The notes under the pieces were generated by a model that was not told where the DNA came from, did no database searches, and saw only the letters and a program-made list of their open reading frames with translations. Both the position numbers and the translations under genes were made by a program. A stretch of 61,949 nt of DNA, filler included, from Choristocarpus tenellus KU-1152 (lineage: Eukaryota > Protista > Phaeophyceae), in assembly GCA_964200185.2 (NCBI GenBank). It is 12 parts of 12 records of this genome, joined end to end, with 100 filler letters (N's around TTAATTAATTAA, not from the genome) between each part and the next. Parts side by side here need not be neighbours in the genome. Positions count along the whole stretch, not along the records: positions 49,638 to 54,675 come from CAXNAD020012086.1; positions 54,776 to 61,949 come from CAXNAD020006583.1; 10 more parts are not named here. One strand, written 5' to 3'. This document shows positions 53,376 to 61,949 of this stretch, in pieces (positions within the stretch are counted from its first letter, which is position 1; every line of letters begins with the position of its first letter).

Positions 53376-54775
53376 ACCAAATGGCAACTATGCATGCCGC
53401 CACAACATGATCTAAAGTGATGGATGAAACGTATTATCCTATCAATGATTATCGCCTGTGGTAAGCGTGAAACAGGTAGTCCCTGCATGGAACGTAGGAT
53501 AGCAGAAGTTGGAACCATGAAGTAACCCACATCAGAACAGACAGTAATTTATATCGGATGCATTTTTTTTTTTTTGTCATTCTTCTTTATCTTTTCTGTA
53601 GACCAGATACCTGATCCCCTTTATTCCGTATTTTTGTTCTATTTTACTTTTATTTTTTTCTCCATCCCTTGCTTCATTTTTTTTCTCCTCTTTTTGTCAG
53701 ACAAGCTACCCGATCCTCTTAACTCCTTGTTCTGTTCTATCTTTCTTCAGTCCGTTCTTTTCTGTCCCTTGTCTCATTTTTTGTTGTCGCTGATGTTGAT
53801 GTTATTGCCTGTTTTACGCACAAGCAGCCGTCAGTATGCTTCGTGCTTGGGGGGCGTGAGACAGGCAATAGCCAGATGATACTTGGCACCTTAGAGAAGA
53901 TGTACTTTAGAAAGAGTAAATGTATACTCAGATTAGGCTAGATGCAGACAGACTTCTCCCAGTAGATAAGGATACATGTATTGGACCTAGCAGGAGTAAG
54001 GTTTTTTTTTTTTCTCTTTGCCGCAGGATGATCTGAGGTGGTTGACGATATCTATTGCCTTCACCAGTGACAATCGTTTGTGGTAAGCGTGAAACACGTA
54101 TTGCTAGTTTAAGCTGGGGGGCATGTTACAGGCGAATAGAAGGAGCATTTCTTTCCGCGTTCCAGTATGCGCGAACAGTAAACATACGTAAGAATTCATA
54201 CAAGAGAAATTTTGAATTGATAGAAGGTGCAGAGTAAATGCATACATAACGTCACAGAATAGACGTCAATTCCTGGAATTTGCAGAATAAAGATTTGTAA
54301 TTTGAGTACATATACAACGGTTGGCAGATGTCTTTCAATTTGTAGTCTGTAGAATCTGGGTGCATGATGCAAATAAAGAATACTTTGAACTGCCACTCAT
54401 TGTATCTCGTGCTTACTCTTTACTATCGATTAAAACATTAAGTCATGCACTGAGCTAAGCACTGAGTGAAGTATCGAGAGAAGAGTAGCTGACACCCATC
54501 CGTGGCTATCAACTGTGGAAATACCCCCGTAGCGTCGTTTTTAAGGTCGTTGAATTAGAGTTACACATCCTGTGGAGGTGAGTTCTGGAGCGTGGGGTCA
54601 AATTATCTGGGGGGGGGGGGGCCGGCGTCCGTTTTTCACTTTTTTGGTGTGATTTGGTCGCCCGTGTCAGATTTGNNNNNNNNNNNNNNNNNNNNNNNNN
54701 NNNNNNNNNNNNNNNNNNNTTAATTAATTAANNNNNNNNNNNNNNNNNNNNNNNNNNNNNNNNNNNNNNNNNNNN

Positions 54776-56140
54776 GATTACCCCATCACCCATACCCCCT
54801 TTGCCCACCCCAGAGCCATCACCTGACCCTTGCCCTGCACCCTTTACAATTTCTTTATCGGTGTGTATCGTCTTGCCTATTCCTTCCCCCTTACTCCCCG
54901 CAGAAAGGTCGTCACATTCTCCTCTCCCATCTTTCTTGTCCTCTCCTCTTGAACCCTTGCAGTTCGAATAACCTTTACCGTTTGTATCCACCGCAATCTT
55001 GCATTGACCTCCTCTAGCGCCATCTTTCCCCTCTCGAGAAGGTTGACCTAGCTCTAACACTCTTGATCCAAGCACACTACGAGAGACAGAAGATGGCACT
55101 TTTCCTACTGGGATACTTCCCCAAGCTAGTTTGCTCTGTCTTGTAACTGCTGACAATTTGCACCCTCTGCCACCCACCATACTCCCCTTCTTCCCCTTTC
55201 CCCCTTGTACGTTTCCTATTCCACGAATGTTACTACTCTGCCTTCGTTTGGTGCTTTCTGCTACCGTACCTTGACCAAGGAGACCAAAACCAAACACAGC
55301 GCCGGCCTTTTCACCCATTAAATGGCTTCCCACAATCTTCGAAGTACCACTCAATGCCTCAGTCCCACAGGCCTTTGCCCTCATCCCTGACTCTGGGGCT
55401 AGCCCACTGAAATATCTCTGTAATTTTTCCTGCCTTCCTGCAAATTCCTGGTAGAAGCAAGAGCAGAGAGGAGGGTGCTCCGCTGCTCTCATCCCCACAA
55501 ACACACCTCCGTACTGCCCTTGTACCTGTTGCCCCACTGCCTCCTCATTCACCTCAACCACGCCCTCCCCTCCAAGACCCGGCAGCAAAGCCATTGGAAG
55601 AAGACACAGCTCAGCGTGCACAGGGCAGTGATCTGAGCCCTCAAACTCTGGCATGATATTACAGCTACGAAGACACTTGTCAGCCAGATCCACCCCCGTA
55701 ATGATGTAGTCAATACGTGTGCCATAGTTATTCTCCCTCGCCCCTGTTTGTGTGTTCCAGCATGTGAATGCACCCTTCCGCATTGGGTGCAAACGCCGGA
55801 AGCAATCCACCAGTCTTGTCGTGAGCGCAATGGTATTCCATGCAAAACCATCCACCAAACCGTTTGTGGTGGTGATCAAAAATTTCATGACCGTAATATC
55901 ATGTTGTCATCAAGCGGCGCAAAACACAGGGCAGGGTAGGGGTACAAAGGAGCGCCTGTTACGGAATCACAAGGTGGTCCAAACATCGACTAGCTGATTC
56001 GGGTGGGCATGGCAGTAGAGGTCCCTAGAATGATTAGCAAGTTCAAGTCGTCCTTCTGCCTTGGGTCTTCACACTTGCATCAAGCACAGCAGAACATATT
56101 CGCTCTAAGCCTACAGGCTGCTTCACATTCAACTTGGAAG

Positions 56141-56198
<58 letters not shown>

Positions 56199-59096
56199 AT
56201 CGTTGACTACTTCTCTCAGGAGTATTATACCTCTCAAACCAGCAACTGTTGTATCTCGGACCAAAAAAAATAATATATATATATATATATCCAGTCAACG
56301 ATCTCGAATCAACAACACTCTGAGCATGTGACAAACACAGAACAAGACCCAGTTTTAAAACCCACAGCAAAAAAAAATCAGCATCTGCTGACAATTACCA
56401 ATTATGATATGCGTATTATACACACCAACCCACTAACCTCGGTGGTTCATTTGGGTTATCCAGCCCCAGCAGATTTCGTATCCACCTGGACCACGATGAT
56501 GAATAGAAGTCCCTGTCTGTCATGGTGAATCCGTGATCCAGCTGGCTCACACAGGCATTGAGGTCTCCCACCTACGATTTCCGTCACTATATTATTATTT
56601 TGGCAACGAGGAAAAAAAAAAAAAAACAGAACGAGACACGAATCGATTTTTTTTTTCTTTATCTTTAGGTGTTGATCGTGTTGGCTAGGATACTGCAGTA
56701 GTCCACCGAGGTAAAAGGTCACTGCACTCCTCTCGGTAGCAGCAAAATGTTTTCAGAACTCACTTCACCGTTGGTGGGAGGTCTCCAACCCCACCATGAT
56801 CTACACCTCTGCAGTGGGAGTCACAGGGACTAGCGAGAACTGTTCAAGTCAGTTTTAACAACTCCAATCAACAGAGGTTATGAGTGTGGCTATTGGCCAA
56901 CTCAGTCTTCACTTGGGTTTCTAGATTCCTAGGGGGTTAGGACTGACAATTAGGGGTGTAGCTAATATGTGGAGGAGGATGTCATAAGTCACACACTTCA
57001 ACATCCAAGGAAAAGGCAACCCATATGGAGACCATGGTGTACGAGAGTCAGTAGAGTAACAAGAAACCCTTTTCCATATCCCAATGAACGATCAAGAAGG
57101 TAATTGGAACGTTGAAACTACTCCCCTTTCCACACAAAGGTCTAGTCTGAGGCAAACAGTACGAAAAGATCTACCACTCCACCACTCCCACAAAAAAGCA
57201 TCCCCTATAAAACATACCGCACTACACATTATCAATGACCTCAGAAGAGCAACCCAAGTCCTGTAAGGACTTCAACTAAAGCAGACCACCTCTTCTTTTC
57301 CCCCAGTGTAACAACATACCAACACCACTCCTTGGCCAGTCTTCTCAGCCTGCAGGATACGGCTTCGTAGAAGGAGCTGGAAGTCCTGCTTGAACAGCTT
57401 CCGATCCTTTGTCCTCTCATCCTCGTCATCCCCAGAGCTGTGGAACATTGCAATAAGTGTGTATGTCTGTGTATGTGGCGAGATTTTCTGGGGGTAATAT
57501 CAAAATGGGTGCGGTGGCGGCTGACAATAGTGAGAGTTGGGGTACCAATCAAGGGTGTTGGCGATTGCAATTCCCCCTTCACCCCGCCCCCTTACAACAC
57601 AAAGATTTCTTGGGGTTCTTGCAAATATCATTGTGGGGCATTGAGAGGGGGGTTTGGTTGCCACTGGTTGAAGGCTTGGGAACTTAATACCTGGTGGTAA
57701 TTGGGTGAGGTATTGGAACTGACTCACAGGTTAGAACCTGGGGGTTATGGGGTGGGTAGGTGAGGTGGGGTCGTTGGTGTATCCGGTTCTGAAGGGAGAG
57801 GATCGCCATAGATAAGTGCATAGAAGCTCTGACATTTACATCATACAGTCTTACGGGGAAAGCGTACACATTCCAACGGTACTTGGCACGTGTACTCCTC
57901 TCTTCAAGATGATCAAACAAGCAGAGCCTCTGCACAATTGACCAATTTGAGTGGGTGACTGTACCATCTCTGGAAGGTGTGGTACACATAATGGTCAACC
58001 AGTCTTCCCATCCCCCTTCATCACTTCTCTTGGCATGTCCACTTGCCTGACGACGCAGGGTCCATAAATGTTGAAGAGTAAGAAGTGCCCGTGGTCCGTT
58101 ACCAATACCCTTCCCTCCATCTCAAGCTCTGCCAAACGCGCCGGGTCGAGTCCACAGTCTGCCGGGGTTCCGAAGAAAGATGAGTCGGATAGTGATGTGG
58201 TTGCTGCAGGTGTGCGGATACCGGATGCCGAGCGCACAAAAGTGGCCACCCCAGAGTAGTTGGTCTTTCGAGGCAGGCGGCAGAAGCTGAACATGCAGTG
58301 GTAGCCTTCCGCCTGAGCGAGCTGAGGGTCTGGCCCACCGTGATCGATCCAGGTAAAAAGAGGGGAAGGAGGCAGATGAGAGGTGGAATGAGAAGAGGCA
58401 AAGACCATAGCAATGACAAAGGCGCCTAGGTGGGCACGCTCGCGTTTGTTCAATAAAACTACAAGGGAGGCATAAGGATACATGAAAGCAAGCAGCGTGT
58501 TACTTACCAAGAGCGGCTCTTGTAGTTTTGATCTCCTGGAAGCACACTTTGGCATGGAGACGTGTGGAACGGTGGCCAGTGCAGGTAGGAAGAGGGTGTC
58601 AGGAAGTGTCCTTTTGTGAGACACAAGATAAGCACAATTGTACACGAATGAAGGGAGAAACAGTAAGAAATGCTCCATATCAGATGATGCACTAGAATTA
58701 AGGACAAGTAGAGGTACTCGTGCTTTATGGGGTTCACCGAGATGTCCAAATTGCACGAGTCGGTACTCAAGATGTCCAATCCCTCTCACCAACATCAGAG
58801 TCAAACTGATCGAGCAAAGGCTTGAGGCCGCCATGAGCCCCAGCGACCTTGCGAAGCCCGTTAATATTCCATGTCAATATCCGACACCTAAGCTTACAAT
58901 CTGCACCTCCCCTTTTTCCACTTTCCTCACAGGGCTCCTCATCCTTCTTGATCTTTCTCGACTCTTCCCTATATTCCAAATCTGTATCATCTCCCCTTCT
59001 CTCTCCCTCTCTCACTTCCACTCGAGTTGCCCTAGAATCGTCATCTTTGTTCGATGTGACACCCACAGGACAACTTTCACAGCTCATGGATTGCAC
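54776..59096 (-). CDS. APEX2: DNA-(apurinic/apyrimidinic site) endonuclease 2 (ExoIII/EEP family); exons 58790-59096, 58508-58546, 58047-58329, 57320-57437, 56438-56571, <54776-55814; 3' end cut by spacer
   Basis: All EEP motifs are present: ILTWNINGLR, VCFQEIK, YSGVATF, EGRVLVTDH..F.LFNIYGP, VGDLN, FTCWNT...RENNYGTRIDYI, GSDHCPV. The EF.G.Q.KL..YF PIP-like motif and long C-terminal tail indicate APE2. Confidence 0.92.
56143..56194. repeat. (CA)n microsatellite, intronic
   Basis: Direct observation. Confidence 0.97.
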
Positions 59097-59294
59097 CCAA
59101 TGGCCAGCAAAGGGCCTCTATCATTGAAGCAACGTGTGCGTTGTAGGCATGTGATAGTCAAAATTGTCCATACTATATTTCACAATTATACAATTTGATT
59201 CAAACATCTTTCCCTAACCCTACGTCATTTTATCTAACTTTGAAAATTGGGTCCAACTACACTACAACAATGAGGAAGAGCAGGACTTGCAACT
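59097..59294. promoter_or_regulatory. Probable bidirectional promoter
   Basis: Only about 200 bp separate the divergent ATGs of APEX2 and the SDR gene. Confidence 0.55.
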
Positions 59295-61354
59295 ATGGTG
59301 ATGACGAGGACCTTTGCTGCCGCTCTCTCGTTGTTCACCTCCTTTTCGGGGTCAATGGGAGGGTCATTGCAGGTCGCTTGGTTACCTGTTTCTCCCCAGT
59401 CGATCGAAAAATACCTGTCCGTGCGCCCTACTAGGCGGCAAACCTGTGTCACCCCTCAACAAGACGGTTGGTGTGCAAAGTTTGCACAAACCCGTGTTGA
59501 TACTTCCACCAGGCTCGTATCCCCGCTCACCACCGGTGAAGAAGCGAAACTTGGAAAGGATGCGCATGATAGATCGATGTTCATCTTTGGAGTGGGGTAC
59601 GTGGCCACCGCCGTGGCGCTCTCGTTTTTGCGGAAGGGTTGGACTGTGTACGGAACGTGCACGGACCCCCGCAAGGTCAAATCCCTCGGAGAACAGGGAA
59701 TCAAGGTACTAAAAGATGAAATATCTAGACTCCGCTCCACCTTTGTCTGGTTTGCATGGACCGGAGCATGCTTGGGTGGGGGGAGTCCTCTCCTGAGTGG
59801 GAATGATGCATGATTTTCTGTGTCCATCTTGCAAAACATAAGAGGATAGCTGGTGGCGCGTGGTTTTGTAGTAGGTGTAGGAGTCGATATATTTCTTTCT
59901 CTCTCTCTCTCTCTCTCTCCCTTTCTCTCTGCCAGTGACGTCGTATAGCTTGTGTCCTGCACAGTTTATCTGTTGGCGACCTGACAGGTACCCCACCCAC
60001 CTTTGCCCCTCAGGCATTTATCTTCGATGATTGGAGTGGTCCAATGATGCAACCAGAACCACTTGAGGCCCTGTCAAATGCGAATTGCGTGCTAAGCACC
60101 GTGCCCCCTTCCCTCCAGTGAGTGTATTTTCCCGAGAGCACCCTACCCTGCTCCTTCCCTACCTCATATTTTCCTATCCCATCCTACGTTCTCCCCGCAA
60201 GATACGTTTGCTTTCTCTCTCAATGGGGAACACGCACATTTGCGCCACTTTGCAAATAGACCTTCGGTATCCTCAATGCAGCAGAATCCTGTGGCAGGGT
60301 CTTTTGCCTCTCCCGAATATTTCCTATCCGCTTCTGGTAGTAACGCATCACCAGGGGGAAAAAGTTAGACATCCATGCAGCTCTCTTGCACCTTATTCAG
60401 ACACTCTCTTTCGCCACACCTCGTTCAAACCACATCCATCCCAAATCTTCCTTTCAGGAGCCTCCTCCTGATAAATCTCCTTGGTACCAACCCATTGTTT
60501 TCAATTCGTTATCACATCTCACCATGCCCCAACCCTCCACAACCTTCACAGTAACACATACATGTGTGCATCAAGAAGAAGCACCCCCTCTCTCAACGAG
60601 TTTTACACTGTTAGGAAACTCTCTTACCTACACCTGTGTCCAAATCCTTCCCCACCCCAACACTGTGGGGTTAGGACTGGAATGGACCCTGTTCTTGTAG
60701 CGCATGAGGCCGAATTAGAGTGGGCCTACAGGAAGGGTTGCTTGGAATGGATTGGCTACCTGTCCTCCACTGGTGGGTGTTGGAGCATTGTGTAGTTGTT
60801 CACACCCCTGGGTGACTATGGAAGAGGTGGTACTAACAGTAGGTGTTTGTCTATGAGCTGTTCTTGTGTGGTATCTGTGGCCAATGTTGATGCTGTGCAA
60901 AGACTTCAATATGTTAGAGGAGGTAATTAGTGTTCTTGGAACATTTCAACCATGTGAGTGATAGTGGATACATCCTCCCTGAGCAGTGACTGGGAAATTG
61001 AACTGGATGTGTGAGTCCACCCTGCCCTAACCCTTCAACAAAGGAATTGTTCAAGAACCTTCCCAAGAATTTCAAGTTATAAAAAAAACAAAAACATCTC
61101 AAGGCAGTACTGTTCACAGGCCCTGCACCTAGATCCTCAACATTTGGGCAAATGACCCATGGAGGGTGTCCTTAAAACCGCCTTTTCACATTGACACTCA
61201 CAGGTACACACGCCCATGTCCCCTGCACCAGGTGTCTATGGGGACAGAGGGGGTGGGTGGGTGACAGAAAAGGATGAACCATGGCCAATGGTGGCAAGAA
61301 CAAAGACCCGCCTAAAGGCCGAACGATCCTGGCTAAGATTACATGTGAAGACCA
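59295..61354 (+). CDS. NAD(P)-dependent epimerase/dehydratase-like atypical SDR (YeeZ-like), 5' exons 59295-59705, 60014-60117, 60675-60771, 61232-~61354; continues beyond window
   Basis: MFIFGVGYVA (Rossmann), VLSTVPP, DPVL, WIGYLSST|GVYGDRGGGWVTE, RLKAERSW. Confidence 0.9.
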
Positions 61355-61949
61355 TGGTGTTGTTACCCTGCCTTCCCTTTCCCTTGCTTGTCCCGAATCC
61401 CCCTTTCATTCTTTATTTCACAGTCTTACAACCGAGTGATTTGAAGTATGCGTTGCCAGTGATAGTCCATGCCTTGGCTGAGTTAGTCCGTTGCCTTGCC
61501 CTTCTCAACGGAGGTTGTGGCATTGTTTGTTGTTCTGTGGCGAGCCATGTGAAGAGCGTGAGTGTTTTCCCATTTGTTCAGTAGGCCTTAATGATCTCAT
61601 TGTGTTAGAACTGGGATCCAAAGTGTTGTTTTTTCCATCCCATACACCATCAGGTAACATGTCCCCTTGTCCGTTTCCTCAAGAAGTACATCGCCAATTG
61701 TTGACGCACCTCAAGAAGTACCCCCATCCACCAAGAAAAAGAAACTCTTGCGTCTAGTCCTATCACAGAAATATTGTGCACTCTCCTCCCTCTCTCTAGC
61801 ACATAAATGCCTCGGTCTCTCTACCAAATCCCCGCAGTCACGTGGACAATATTTTCCTGTAAGTATGGATACCACCACAAACACATGCCATTCCCCCCCC
61901 CCCCGCGCCCGCGCGCGCGCTGTGCCTGGGTGCCCTCTCTCTTTCCTCT

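Noticed and set aside
57995-59198. 279-aa and 186-aa ORFs as independent genes
   Set aside because: They are an intron read-through of an APEX2 exon and an antisense shadow of exon 1.

Overview
Eukaryotic, intron-rich genomic DNA, most likely a photosynthetic stramenopile such as a brown alga or relative. That call is an inference from GT-AG introns of about 0.1-1 kb, TTAGGG repeats and a signal-peptide-plus-AW plastid-type presequence. The window is 12 contig pieces joined by 11 identical artificial 100-bp spacers (N44-TTAATTAATTAA-N44), so adjacency across gaps is not trustworthy. Spliced genes reconstructed by hand: the 3' end of a PFK-2/FBPase-2; a bacterial-type metallo-beta-lactamase-fold (DUF4336-like) gene; a decayed VOC-VOC-GyrI fusion gene facing a second GyrI-like exon; the 3' end of an NPC1/Patched-family gene; a PH-domain gene end; APEX2 (with a GC-AG intron) head-to-head with a YeeZ-like SDR; and a few orphan exons. 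Mobile DNA: a multi-subfamily MITE clan with GRGNCAAAGTATCT termini and 4-bp TSDs, an intron-containing Sola-like (DUF7869-type) DDD transposase, a 1-kb TIR element nested in a hairpin repeat, and Tc1-like and copia remnants. All family calls come from motif recognition only; no database search was run.
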